Positions 45,342 through 54,814 are shown, counted from the first letter of the stretch. The stretch: 64,000 nt of DNA from Methanomassiliicoccales archaeon UBA280 (GCA_002499085.1 DAKD01000016.1:88880-152879); one strand, 5' to 3'. The notes: generated from the sequence alone by a model not told the origin. Program-made: numbers and translations.

Positions 45342-46703
45342 ATGGATGCGCCGAACCAGCCGCCACCGCCCTATTCGGGCCCGCAGGCACAGCCGCCCTA
45401 TTATGCACCCCAGTACACGCCTCCTCCTCCGCCGCAGAACCCGCTGAGGGAACTTCTCAACATGGCCAAGGCGATGCTGTGGAGCACGAGTTTTATCTCA
45501 TACCTCATACTCTTACTGTTCAGCCTCACCATTGTGCTTGCGATGACCCCGGCGATTCAGCACTGGATACTGACGCCCTACCCGGGCGTTTCGGACTCCT
45601 CGGCCATGCTGTACCATGAAGATATATTCCTCATAACGCCCTTTTACGTCCACCTATTCTATCTGGACGGTTCCGGCTTTCAGGCATGGCACATTCTCAT
45701 TTTGGGGATTCTTGTCGCGGGCTTCGCCCAGGCAATACACGGCCTATGGAAAAAATGGCTTTCAAGGCCGAATCAGATTGCGGTCTCACTTACAGCCCCA
45801 GGCAAAGCCGACAGCAGCCTGGAGGGCATAGCCAAGCTATTCATGGCATCCATGTCTTTCAGTTTCATTTACTTCCTTTTTCTGTATGTCATCGGCGTCG
45901 AGATGAGAACTCCGAACTTCGACAGCCTTTCAACGCCGCATCTGATATACGTGCTTTTCAGCGCCTCCGTGTTCGAGGAACTCATCTCCAGGGTTTTGCT
46001 CATTGGCGTCCCGCTTGTGTTTCTCGGAATCCTGTTGAAATGGAAGCAGCCGCACAGGAAGATACTCGGCGGCGGATTGGACCTCACACCCATGACATTT
46101 GCACTGATCGCCATCTCCGCAACGATATTCGCCTTTGCCCATGTTGGGGGGTGGGACTACTGGAAGGTTCCGCAGGTACTCATTCCCGGATTCGCGCTTG
46201 GCTGGGCCTTCGTCAGGTACGGCCTACACGCATCGATGCTGATACATTTCTCGATAAACTGCACGGATTTGGCCACAGAGATATGGCCCGACAACATGGC
46301 TGTTCTGTCCGCTCTGGGCTTCGTATACCTGATTTGGATAGTCGCAGGAACCTATTTCATGTATGTCTTCTCGAGAAAACTGCTGAGCAAGTTCCTCCCG
46401 AAACCCGCTCCCATGCCAGTCCAGCCGCCCGTCCCGCAGTATTCATATCCCCAGCCCATCTATGCCCAGCAGGCGGCGCCTCCTCAGGCATATTATCCGC
46501 CTCCCCAGCCGCAATACCCAAATTACCCGCCACCGCAACCTCCTCCGCATCCAATGCAGCAGGGCGGCTTCGTATGCCCAGGTTGCGGCCATACCGGCGC
46601 CACATACGAGCCCGGGAAACTGATATGCCTGAGATGCGGACAAACTTACTACAGGCAAGCACCCGCGGCTCCGCCTCCCGACAAAGAGCAGTTCGAATTC
46701 TGA
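45342..46703 (+). CDS. CPBP-family (CAAX/Abi) intramembrane metalloprotease with Pro-rich termini and C-terminal zinc ribbon
   Basis: Motifs VFEELISRVLL (EExxxR), FAFAHVGGWDY (FxxxH), HFSINCT (HxxxN). Multiple TM helices. N-terminal PPPYSGPQAQPPYYAPQYTPPPPPQNP. C-terminal CPGCGH...CLRCGQ. Confidence 0.65.
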   Translation: MDAPNQPPPPYSGPQAQPPYYAPQYTPPPPPQNPLRELLNMAKAMLWSTSFISYLILLLFSLTIVLAMTPAIQHWILTPYPGVSDSSAMLYHEDIFLITPFYVHLFYLDGSGFQAWHILILGILVAGFAQAIHGLWKKWLSRPNQIAVSLTAPGKADSSLEGIAKLFMASMSFSFIYFLFLYVIGVEMRTPNFDSLSTPHLIYVLFSASVFEELISRVLLIGVPLVFLGILLKWKQPHRKILGGGLDLTPMTFALIAISATIFAFAHVGGWDYWKVPQVLIPGFALGWAFVRYGLHASMLIHFSINCTDLATEIWPDNMAVLSALGFVYLIWIVAGTYFMYVFSRKLLSKFLPKPAPMPVQPPVPQYSYPQPIYAQQAAPPQAYYPPPQPQYPNYPPPQPPPHPMQQGGFVCPGCGHTGATYEPGKLICLRCGQTYYRQAPAAPPPDKEQFEF

Positions 46704-46794
46704 TAGGGCATTCCATCGCAGCATTCCCCGGGGTTGTACACGGAGTTCTATATCCCCAGCTATGGCATGGACACGTTTCTTTCTGGCTTCGCGA

Positions 46795-47075
46795 TAGGAT
46801 GCAATGTGAAGATAGAGAGAGACGTCTCTGTACATTTCCTATACTCTGCCTCTAGCCGAGGCTTCAACGGGCATGCAATCGGTGTTTAGAAAATTCTTTC
46901 AGTATCCTGCCCAAATACATCGCCGAGAAAAGGCGAGACGAAATAAAGGATGAGAGAAACGTTTCTGTGCATTTCCTTTACCCCGCCCTGACAGGCGGGG
47001 CTTTACGAACGTGTGATGTTTGTGTTTGTCAAGCGCTTAGAAATGTTCTCAGTACCCCGCCCTCTAGATACAAAA
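46795..47075. repeat. ~150-bp tandem duplication in intergenic region with GC-clamp hairpins
   Basis: agagagacgtctctgtacatttcctatactctgcc (46815) versus agagaaacgtttctgtgcatttcctttaccccgcc (46963). gtttagaaaattctttcagtatcctgccc (46886) versus gcttagaaatgttctcagtaccccgccc (47034). Hairpins ccccgccc-loop-ggcggggc at 46985 and 47055. Confidence 0.4.
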
Positions 47076-47149
47076 TTGACGCCATTCAGGCGGGGCATGC
47101 TGTTCGCATTTTGTTAACATCTGAAAACAATTGATAAAATCAGATTATA

Positions 47150-47182
47150 AATAGAAAAAAAGTGGTGGATTTTTCCACCACT
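47150..47182 (-). terminator. intrinsic terminator (perfect hairpin + U7) for the small minus-strand gene
   Basis: On the minus strand: gtggtggaaaaatccaccac followed by ttttttt, immediately after the stop codon. Confidence 0.5.
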
Positions 47183-47418
47183 TACTTCTTCATTATTTTC
47201 ATCCAGCCGTTGCTCTCGTAGATCTGGAGTCTCCTGGATACCAGGGTCTTCTTGAATTCGTCCCAGTCTATTGTCTCGAGGCGGGGATTCCTTCCCTTCG
47301 TGAACTGGACTCCCTTCGTTCCCTTCACGCGGCCCGGCTTCAGATTCTTCCTCTTGGCAACCTCTATTGCCTTGTCCACACTTATCGGTTCCATTGCCAT
47401 TCTTTTTCCTCCAATCAC
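47182..47418 (-). CDS. small basic hypothetical protein
   Basis: 78-aa ORF (MAMEPISVDKAIEVAKRKNLKPGRVKGTKGVQFTKGRNPRLETIDWDEFKK). Has its own terminator. Function not recognisable. Confidence 0.4.
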   Translation of the reverse strand: MIGGKRMAMEPISVDKAIEVAKRKNLKPGRVKGTKGVQFTKGRNPRLETIDWDEFKKTLVSRRLQIYESNGWMKIMKK

Positions 47419-47553
47419 TTGTTTCCCCTACCTGGCTTTTCGGCCAGATAGAAGCCAGACCTATATGGCCTGCATCAATATATAAAACTTTCGAGTCACT
47501 GGCTACACCGTTCGCGGCTTAACTTTTTATCAAGGCAGGCTGTTCCTCAGAAG

Positions 47554-49065
47554 TTATTTCATGGCTTTCTCGGCTTCATTCAGGCCCTTCCTGGCCTCGG
47601 CATTTTCCGGCTGGAGCTCGAGAATCTTCCGGAAGCACTCGGCTGAATCCGAGTATTCTTTGCCCTTCAGGGTGGCATTGGCCAGGGTGAACCACGCAGG
47701 GATGAAATCCGGTTTTTTCCCCAGTATCTTCGATATCGTGTTTATGGCCCTGTCGCGGTCTCCCATCTCGTACTGGACCTGGGCCATCAGGCAGAGAGTC
47801 ATGTCGTCGTAAGGGTTGATCTTCAGTGCCTTCTTCAGGTCTCTCTCGGCCTCTTTGTAGCGCTCCCCGTTTATGAGTTTCCTGCTCCTGGATACAAGGG
47901 CGTGAAGGTCGTTTCCCGAGTCCTCGGACTCCTGCTCCTCCTTCCGCTCGACCATCTCTTCCTCGATGCTCCCGAGGGCGTTTGTTTTCATGTAAGCGAC
48001 ATTCTTCCCTTCATCCGAGGATGCGGCCAATCCCCTTCTCACCAGGCCTTCGAGCGCTCTTTCAAGGGCCGGCTTCGCAAGCTTGTTTCCGACCGAGGCC
48101 TTCAGAGCCGGAACAGTCATGGGCTCGTCCGTCAGGGCATCCAGCGCCAATTTCTCCTCCTTCGTGAGATGTTCCTCGGGCCTCTCGAACTCGTCCCCCA
48201 TCCTCTCGGACTCAGCCCTGGGTTTGAGAATCTCGTTCTGTATGCTCTTCTCTGTTCTCTCCTTCTCCCGTTCCGTGATCTGGGTCTTCTTGCCCGCCTT
48301 GGCAGTGTCCCCGGGCTGTTCAACAAGTTTCTTCTTCAGGACATCGAGCGCCCTCTTTGCCTGTGCGAAGTCAGGATTGAGTCTTCTGGCCCTTTCAAGA
48401 CATACAATGGCCTTCTCGAAGTCGCCCATGCCTATGTATGCCTTGCCCTTGACATACCAGCCCTCTGCGAAAAGCGGCCTGGATTTCAGAACATTGTTGA
48501 GAAGCGAAAGCGCTCCGTCGAACTTCTTCATGTGAATCAGTTCCACGGCCTTGTTGTTCATGGCGGCCATGTAATTGGGATTGATTTCCAGGGCCCGGTC
48601 ATAGCAAATTATGGCTTCGTCGTACCTTTCCAGCTTGGACAGGAGATTTCCCCTGTTGTTCCAGGTGGTTTCATGGTTCCGGTCCAGCTCAAGAGCCCGG
48701 TCATACCATTCAAGGGCCTCGTCAAGCTTTTCCAGTTTCGAATATGTCATGCCTACATTGGAAATCGCATCGACATGTTCCGGGTCCAGTTCCACGGCCT
48801 TCATGTGGCATTTCAGAGCCTCGTTGAAATTTCCCGCAACGGCGAGTATGAGCCCCTTGTTGTTCCAGGCCACGGGATTCTCAGGGTCTATCTGCAGCAC
48901 CTGGTTGTATGCCTTTATGGCTTCTCCCAACCTGCCCTTCCTGTAATGCTCGTTACCCTGCGAGATGAGCTTTGCCACTCCGGACTTCCTGACGCCGGGC
49001 AGCGCTACGGCAGCCGCATAAGCTATCATGGCCTTCGTGCAGACAATCCTAGTTCCCGGAACCAA
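47554..49065 (-). CDS. TPR repeat protein
   Basis: At least 10 tandem 34-aa TPR units (AWNNKGLILAVAGNFNEALKCHMKAVELDP and similar) in the N-terminal 230 aa, then an acidic coiled-coil linker and further TPRs. Confidence 0.7.
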   Translation of the reverse strand: MVPGTRIVCTKAMIAYAAAVALPGVRKSGVAKLISQGNEHYRKGRLGEAIKAYNQVLQIDPENPVAWNNKGLILAVAGNFNEALKCHMKAVELDPEHVDAISNVGMTYSKLEKLDEALEWYDRALELDRNHETTWNNRGNLLSKLERYDEAIICYDRALEINPNYMAAMNNKAVELIHMKKFDGALSLLNNVLKSRPLFAEGWYVKGKAYIGMGDFEKAIVCLERARRLNPDFAQAKRALDVLKKKLVEQPGDTAKAGKKTQITEREKERTEKSIQNEILKPRAESERMGDEFERPEEHLTKEEKLALDALTDEPMTVPALKASVGNKLAKPALERALEGLVRRGLAASSDEGKNVAYMKTNALGSIEEEMVERKEEQESEDSGNDLHALVSRSRKLINGERYKEAERDLKKALKINPYDDMTLCLMAQVQYEMGDRDRAINTISKILGKKPDFIPAWFTLANATLKGKEYSDSAECFRKILELQPENAEARKGLNEAEKAMK

Positions 49066-49141
49066 TGTGCATCCGCTCTCGGAAGGCTATATCCTTCAGA
49101 ATATTTAAATTGTTATAATAAGCGAGCTTCTCAAGAATTTT

Positions 49142-49338
49142 GTGATATTGAGACCAGTTGCGAGGGTCTAGGGTCTGCGCTTTCAAAATGGGATAAAGGG
49201 TCTAGGGTCTAGGGTCTTTGTTCATAGAACGGCACAAAGGGTCTAGGGAGACTAGCTTGGTTCGGACACGCCAGTAAATGCGATTTGGAAGCGCCCTAGA
49301 CCCTATGACCCTAGACCCTAGCCCCTAGCCCCTGAACC
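49142..49338. repeat. copy B of ~200-bp (GGGTCTA)n-armed palindromic repeat element
   Basis: gtgatattgaga..gagggtctagggtctGCGCTTTCAAAATGGGATAAAgggtctagggtctagggtc ... CCAGTAAATGCGATTTGGAAGCGccctagaccctatgaccctagaccctagcccctagcccc. Carries the insert tttgttcatagaacggcacaaag shared with the 35384-35436 arm. Confidence 0.6.
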
Positions 49339-49438
49339 CAAATATCCAGTTAGACGCGACAGTCTCCAATAAACACAGTCCCGCAATCGCAGGAATTCCA
49401 TTCCTAAGATTTATGATGGTGATTGCCATGTCAGGTCC

Positions 49439-50995
49439 GTGCAGGAAATGGCCGCGAACGTTCAGAGGAGGGCGCTGATAAGCGTATCAGACAAGAAGGG
49501 TTTGCTCGAGTTTGCCAGAGCGCTGGTGGAAATGAATTACCGCCTGGTTTCCACAGGCGGGACATTCCAGGAGCTGCATGAGAACGGCATTCCTGTCGAG
49601 CGCGTTTCCGATGTCACTGGGTTCCCCGAGATTCTCGACGGGAGGGTCAAGACACTGCACCCCCACATCCATGCAGGCATTCTTGCCAAGAGGGACCCGG
49701 CCCACCAGGACGAACTCAGATCCCGGGGGATCGAGCCCTTCAGCCTGGTCATAGTCAACCTTTATCCGTTCGAGAGCGCGGTGCAGAAATCCGCCTCGGA
49801 GCAGGAACTCATTGAGAACATCGACATAGGCGGGCCGTCCCTAATCCGCGCAGCCGCCAAGAATTTCGAGAGCGTGGCAGTGATAATCGACCCGTCCCAG
49901 TATTCATCGGTACTCTCCGAACTGAGGGAGAAAGGCGAGGTCTCTCCGGAAACAAGGAAGAAGCTGGCATGGGAGGCATTCTCCAGAACGGCCGAGTACG
50001 ACGCCATTATCTCCGGCTCGCTGAAAGGCATACTTGCCCCGGAGGAGGAGCATCCGGAGCGGTATGTCATGGCCTTCAGGAAGGTCCAGGCGCTGAGATA
50101 CGGCGAGAATCCCTACCAGAAATCCGCTTTCTACAGGGACATATTCCTCAACGAGCCGTGCATAGCCAACGCCAGGAAGATCAAGGGCAAGGAACTCTCG
50201 TTCAACAACATACTGGACATCAATGCCGCCCTGGAGCTTGTCAAGGATTTCGAGGAGCCGACTGCAGCCATTGTCAAGCACATGAACCCCAGCGGCATTG
50301 CCAGTGCAGGCACGATATCCGAGGCATTCACCGGCGCGCTCGGCGCCGACCCGCTGTCCGCATACGGGGGCATAGTGGCGCTGAACAGGGAACTTGACGC
50401 CGAAACGGCCAAGGCAATGAAGTCCATCTTCCTGGATTCCATTGTGACGCCCGCAGTCAATTCCCAGGCCCTTCCCCTGCTCGAGAAGAAGAAAGTGATG
50501 ATACTTGAGACCGGCCCCCTCGGCGGCGGAAAGCTGCCGGGAACAGACATCAAGAGGGTTGCAGGAGGCATTCTTGTCCAGTCCAGAGACATCAGCAAGC
50601 TCGACCTGTCCGCCCTCAAAGTTGTATCGGAGAGGAAACCCACCGGGGACGAGATGAAAGACCTGATATTCGCCTGGAAGGTAGTGAAGCATGTCACATC
50701 CAATGCCATTGTCCTGGCGAGGGGAGGGATGAGCGTTGGCGTGGGCGCGGGCCAGCAAAGCCGGGTTGGCTCGGTCGGGATAGCAGTCAAGAAGGCCGGC
50801 GAGAGGGCCAAAGGCGCGGCAATGGCATCCGACGCATTCTTTCCATTCAGGGACGGAATCGATGAGGCAGGGAAAGCCGGTGTCACGGCAGTGATTCACC
50901 CGGGCGGGTCCATCAGGGATGCGGAGGCCATAGAGGCTGCAAACGGGTACGGCATGGCCATGGTGACCACGGGCATGCGCTGCCTGAAGCACTGA
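49439..50995 (+). CDS. purH: bifunctional AICAR transformylase / IMP cyclohydrolase
   Basis: MGS-like N-terminus ALISVSDKKGLLEFARALVEMNYRLVSTGGT...RVKTLHP. AICARFT core through the C-terminus, 518 aa. Confidence 0.9.
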   Translation: MQEMAANVQRRALISVSDKKGLLEFARALVEMNYRLVSTGGTFQELHENGIPVERVSDVTGFPEILDGRVKTLHPHIHAGILAKRDPAHQDELRSRGIEPFSLVIVNLYPFESAVQKSASEQELIENIDIGGPSLIRAAAKNFESVAVIIDPSQYSSVLSELREKGEVSPETRKKLAWEAFSRTAEYDAIISGSLKGILAPEEEHPERYVMAFRKVQALRYGENPYQKSAFYRDIFLNEPCIANARKIKGKELSFNNILDINAALELVKDFEEPTAAIVKHMNPSGIASAGTISEAFTGALGADPLSAYGGIVALNRELDAETAKAMKSIFLDSIVTPAVNSQALPLLEKKKVMILETGPLGGGKLPGTDIKRVAGGILVQSRDISKLDLSALKVVSERKPTGDEMKDLIFAWKVVKHVTSNAIVLARGGMSVGVGAGQQSRVGSVGIAVKKAGERAKGAAMASDAFFPFRDGIDEAGKAGVTAVIHPGGSIRDAEAIEAANGYGMAMVTTGMRCLKH

Positions 50996-51004
50996 GATGT
51001 TACC

Positions 51005-52960
51005 ATGACCCGCGCCAAGGAATATGACGAGGCTGTGAACTGGCTTTTTGAGCTCCAGTATTTCGGCATGAAGCTTGGCCTGGACAACACCAGGGCGCTG
51101 CTCTCCGAAATGGGGAACCCCCATGAAAAATTCCCTTCGGTCCATGTCGCCGGAACAAACGGAAAGGGTTCAGTATGCGCTTTCCTCACGGGCATGTTGA
51201 TTGATGCCGGGCTGAAGGTCGGCACCTACACATCTCCGCATCTTTCCGAGTTCGGGGAACGGATTTGCGTGAACGGCTTTCCCATGACCAGGGCCGAGAT
51301 CCTGCGGTCCGTCGGTCAAATAAGGCCGAAGGTCGAAGCCCTTGAAAGGAAAGGGGTGCAGTGCACGTTCTTCGAGGTCACGACATGCATGGCATTCAGG
51401 CAGTTCGCCAGGCGGAAGGTCGACATCGCGGTGGTCGAGGTCGGCATGGGCGGCAGGCTCGATTCCACCAACGTGATAAAGCCCGAGCTCAGCATAATCA
51501 CGAACATATCCAGGGAGCACATGCAGCACCTGGGCGAAACCCTGGCCGAGATAGCTTCCGAGAAGGCAGGCATAATAAAGAGGGGCATTCCCGTCGTATC
51601 GTCTGTCCAGGAGAGGGACGCGGCCAATGTCATTGAGTCAAAAGCCCGGAAATTGAGTGCCAAGCTCTTCAGGATACATGAATCTGCGAAGTGGCGCATA
51701 GAAGCGACCAGCAGCCTCGGTTCGATACTTACTGTTCGGACCAGGGACAATGAATACGGCCCGGTGAGGATTCGGCTTCCGGGCGAGCATCAGGCAGTCA
51801 ATGCCTCGACATCGGTTCTGGCGGCCGAGATACTGGCAGGGAGAGGTTTTTCCATCTCCGGAGAGAACATTCTCAGGGGACTGGAATCGACAAGATGGGC
51901 GGCCCGTCTACAGACTGTCCGTCTGAATCCCGCGGTGATACTTGATGCCACGCACAATCCCGGCGGCGCCGAAGCTCTGGCCGAATTCCTGAAATCCCAT
52001 TTCACAAGGAAGAAGCCGGTCATGGTCATTGCGATGCTGGAGGACAAGGAGGTCGGGCCGGTGGTAAGCCACCTGGAACCTCTTGTCCGGAAGGCAATAG
52101 TCTCCCAATCATCCTATCACAGGCGCATGAAGGCGGATGTGCTGGCATCGAATTTCAAAGGCGTTGCGGTTACCGAAGCGGACCTGCGCAAGGCAACAGA
52201 CCTCGCCATGGCTGCCGCCGGAAAGGACGGAACCGTTTTGATAACAGGGTCCATATTCACGGCGTCGGAGGCTCTTCGGCATCTCGACGAAATCAGAATC
52301 GCCGAGATAGTGCCAATTCTCCAGGAAGCTCACGGGATAGGCGCTTACCCGGGCAGGGATCCCGGGACACCCGGCCCGCCGGCACCGGGCTCCCAGGACC
52401 CGTTCAGGGTACTGATTTCCACAATCCTGTCGCAGCGCACCAAGGATGAGAACACGCATGCGGCGACAGAAGCCCTGTTCTCGAAGTTTGACACACCCGG
52501 CAAACTGGCGCGCGCGAGACCGGAGGACATCGAACCGCTCATCAAATCAGCAGGGTTCTACAGACAGAAGGCCAGAAACATCATCGGCGTGTCCAGGACA
52601 ATCCTGGACAGGTATTCGTCCAAGGTCCCCGCATCTATTGAGGAACTGACGGCCCTGCCCGGCGTGGGGAGGAAAACTGCCAATTGCGTGCTCTCATACG
52701 GATTCGGCCTGCCAGCAATCGCAGTCGACACCCATGTCCACAGGATATGCAATCTCATGGGCCTTGTGAATTCCGAATCACCGGAGGAAACCGAGAACCA
52801 ACTCGGGCTGAAAGTGAGACTTGAATATTGGCATGACATGAACCGGCTGCTTGTCAGGCACGGCCAGACAATATGCTTGCCTGTGAAGCCGAAATGCGGG
52901 AAATGTCCGGTGTCGCATCTCTGCGACAAAGGCATCTATTCCGATTGGCAGTCAAGCTGA
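51005..52960 (+). CDS. folC: folylpolyglutamate synthase/dihydrofolate synthase (FolC, Mur-ligase family) fused in-frame to endonuclease III (Nth, HhH-GPD + 4Fe-4S)
   Basis: N-terminal P-loop HVAGTNGKGSVCAF (Mur ligase). C-terminal PFRVLISTILSQRTKDE, LPGVGRKTANCVL (HhH-GPD), CLPVKPKCGKCPVSHLC (CX6CX2CX5C). No stop between the domains. A possible internal GTG start at IAEIVP. Confidence 0.75.
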   Translation: MTRAKEYDEAVNWLFELQYFGMKLGLDNTRALLSEMGNPHEKFPSVHVAGTNGKGSVCAFLTGMLIDAGLKVGTYTSPHLSEFGERICVNGFPMTRAEILRSVGQIRPKVEALERKGVQCTFFEVTTCMAFRQFARRKVDIAVVEVGMGGRLDSTNVIKPELSIITNISREHMQHLGETLAEIASEKAGIIKRGIPVVSSVQERDAANVIESKARKLSAKLFRIHESAKWRIEATSSLGSILTVRTRDNEYGPVRIRLPGEHQAVNASTSVLAAEILAGRGFSISGENILRGLESTRWAARLQTVRLNPAVILDATHNPGGAEALAEFLKSHFTRKKPVMVIAMLEDKEVGPVVSHLEPLVRKAIVSQSSYHRRMKADVLASNFKGVAVTEADLRKATDLAMAAAGKDGTVLITGSIFTASEALRHLDEIRIAEIVPILQEAHGIGAYPGRDPGTPGPPAPGSQDPFRVLISTILSQRTKDENTHAATEALFSKFDTPGKLARARPEDIEPLIKSAGFYRQKARNIIGVSRTILDRYSSKVPASIEELTALPGVGRKTANCVLSYGFGLPAIAVDTHVHRICNLMGLVNSESPEETENQLGLKVRLEYWHDMNRLLVRHGQTICLPVKPKCGKCPVSHLCDKGIYSDWQSS

Positions 52961-53598
52961 TCAATGAGTTCAGACAGATACCTGGCATTGTCATCATTGC
53001 CCGAGGCCGTGAGCTTATCGAGGCATTTCTTTGCCGCGCCGTACCTCTGCATGTCAAAGAGCAATTTGGCCTTGCAGTACAGGGCATCACGGTCCCGCGG
53101 GTTGATGAGAAGGGCCTTCTCTATCATGGCCAAGGCTTCACCGTGTTTCCCGAGAGACATGAGGGCATTGCTGAGCTTGATGTACGTAACCTCGTTGCCC
53201 ACGGGCCTTCCGCTCTTTAAATCAGCATTTACCAGGCATCCGCTGATAAGGCCTATGAATTCCACCTCCTCCCTGTTGAACTTCAGCTCATCCTCGGCCC
53301 CCAAAATGAGCGGGATCTGCAGGTTTTTCAGTGATTCGTCAACCAGCGGGACCAGCTCTTCAATCGACAACTCTCTGGCCTTGATATTGTCCAGGTATGC
53401 CGCGAGTTTGGACTGGCTTTTCCTCAGCTCGCGTTTGACATCTTCCACTTCCTTGCCGGTATGCCTTTCCAGCAGTGCCCTGTCCCTGCTGTCGGCCCTG
53501 ATCTGCCTCTGGAACTCGAAACCGCATCTAGAACAGGCCTTCAGGTCTGTCTGAACCTCGGCCCCGCAAAGCTCGCATTTCTTCATTGCCATATCCAA
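52936..53598 (-). CDS. zinc-ribbon + TPR-like hypothetical protein
   Basis: N-terminal CELCGAEV...CSRCGFEF zinc ribbon. C-terminal TPR-like helices (GEALAMIEKALLINPRDRDALYCKAKLL). Confidence 0.5.
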   Translation of the reverse strand: MDMAMKKCELCGAEVQTDLKACSRCGFEFQRQIRADSRDRALLERHTGKEVEDVKRELRKSQSKLAAYLDNIKARELSIEELVPLVDESLKNLQIPLILGAEDELKFNREEVEFIGLISGCLVNADLKSGRPVGNEVTYIKLSNALMSLGKHGEALAMIEKALLINPRDRDALYCKAKLLFDMQRYGAAKKCLDKLTASGNDDNARYLSELIDQLDCQSE

Positions 53599-53718
53599 TC
53601 GTCAAGCTAATAGATAAAGGTTGGTCAACTCCCGAAATTCCCTCCGGGCACCAAATCTCCCCGGAATTATCAGTTTTTACGCAATTTGGCGTTATATTTA
53701 TAGTTGGACCAGCGACAG

Positions 53719-53755
53719 CTATATATATATTGATACTATTAATTGGAGCGAGAGG
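53719..53755 (+). promoter_or_regulatory. TATA-like promoter for the pilus-locus first gene
   Basis: gctatatatatattg at 53719-53733, about 25-35 nt upstream of ATG 53756 (short-leader transcript typical of archaea). Purine-rich ggagcgagagg precedes the ATG. Confidence 0.35.
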
Positions 53756-54814
53756 ATGTTGAGACCGAATTTTTTCCCTGTGCGCAGGCGCATCAATGAA
53801 ATCAGCCCCGGAACACGTGAGGCTGTGCGCATCAGACCCCGCATAAGGTGGGAGGAAGAGGGTGTGGCTTCCACAGTAGGGACAATCATGGCCCTGATGG
53901 TATTTCTGGCGTTTCTTTCAATGTTCACAAGCCAATATGTTCCAGTCTGGATGGAGGAGAACGAAGCCTCGCACATGAACGAGGCCTACGGCCAGTTTGC
54001 TGCCATGAAACAGGCAGTTGACATGCAGATACTGGCCGGCACGATACAGGGGACCTCGACCGTGCAGATGTTCTCGCCTATTAAATTGGGGGCAGAGGGA
54101 ATACCGATGTTCGCCTCGCCAACCCCGGGATACCTCACGCTTTCCCGTTCGGCCAGCTATGACAATGTGAGCTTCAGCTTCAACACCAGCGCTTCCATTG
54201 TCGACTATAACATGAACACGGGCGGCACGATCAAGCTGAAGGCGGAAAACAGGTACTATATCCAACAGGAGCTTGCCTTCGAGAACGATGCCATCATCCT
54301 CAAGCAGCCGGACGGCCAGTACATGAAAGCCATGCCCCAGCTTCGAATCACGCCCACGGGGACGGTGACTGCCACTGGCGGCATTGTATGCCAACTTTCC
54401 TACACGCAGGTCGACCTTCGCGGAGACGACGCCAATTACATAGGCTTCGGCACACGGGGCGTTTCCACGCTCATGAAGTCAACCACAACCACAACATTCA
54501 CAAACCTGACAGGGGAATCCGCACCGGGCGTGCCCGCCACTCATCCCTATCTATCGATAGTCCATACGGGTTATTACGAAAGGGCCTGGAACTCAAGCCT
54601 GAACCAGACGCTCTCAAGCGCCGGTCTGAGATGGGGCTTCGACATAACAAATGCGAACACGGATTACACTATCGTTTCCACACTGAAATCACCGCCCGGC
54701 TCGATCGAAAAGATGTGGGAAGTGCGCGTTTTGATAAAGACAGACGTAATCTCAAGCTTCTCGCTGACCGTGGCAAACATCGAGATATCCACCTCGGAAC
54801 TGGGGGCTGCGTAG
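53756..54814 (+). CDS. N-terminally membrane-anchored pilin-like/pilus-associated protein (class III signal-peptide-like TM followed by beta-rich domain)
   Basis: Charged N-region then RWEEEGVASTVGTIMALMVFLAFLSMF hydrophobic helix, then a Thr/Ser-rich beta domain. Its stop abuts the start of the ATPase gene (TAG ATG). Confidence 0.45.
   Translation: MLRPNFFPVRRRINEISPGTREAVRIRPRIRWEEEGVASTVGTIMALMVFLAFLSMFTSQYVPVWMEENEASHMNEAYGQFAAMKQAVDMQILAGTIQGTSTVQMFSPIKLGAEGIPMFASPTPGYLTLSRSASYDNVSFSFNTSASIVDYNMNTGGTIKLKAENRYYIQQELAFENDAIILKQPDGQYMKAMPQLRITPTGTVTATGGIVCQLSYTQVDLRGDDANYIGFGTRGVSTLMKSTTTTTFTNLTGESAPGVPATHPYLSIVHTGYYERAWNSSLNQTLSSAGLRWGFDITNANTDYTIVSTLKSPPGSIEKMWEVRVLIKTDVISSFSLTVANIEISTSELGAA

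Noticed and set aside
45686-46855. 389-aa plus-strand ORF overlapping the CPBP protease gene in another frame
   Set aside because: The translation is Arg/Ser/Pro-rich with no motifs. The overlapping frame has clear CPBP motifs and TM helices.
46960-47060. C/D box sRNA candidates in the tandem-duplicated intergenic region (GTGATGT near-C box)
   Set aside because: No properly spaced D/D' (CUGA) and C' boxes. Cannot support by eye.
47902-49212. 436-aa plus-strand ORF antisense to the TPR gene, and 49904-51145 (413 aa) antisense to purH
   Set aside because: Antisense shadows of well-supported genes. No motifs, composition typical of GC-rich antisense frames.
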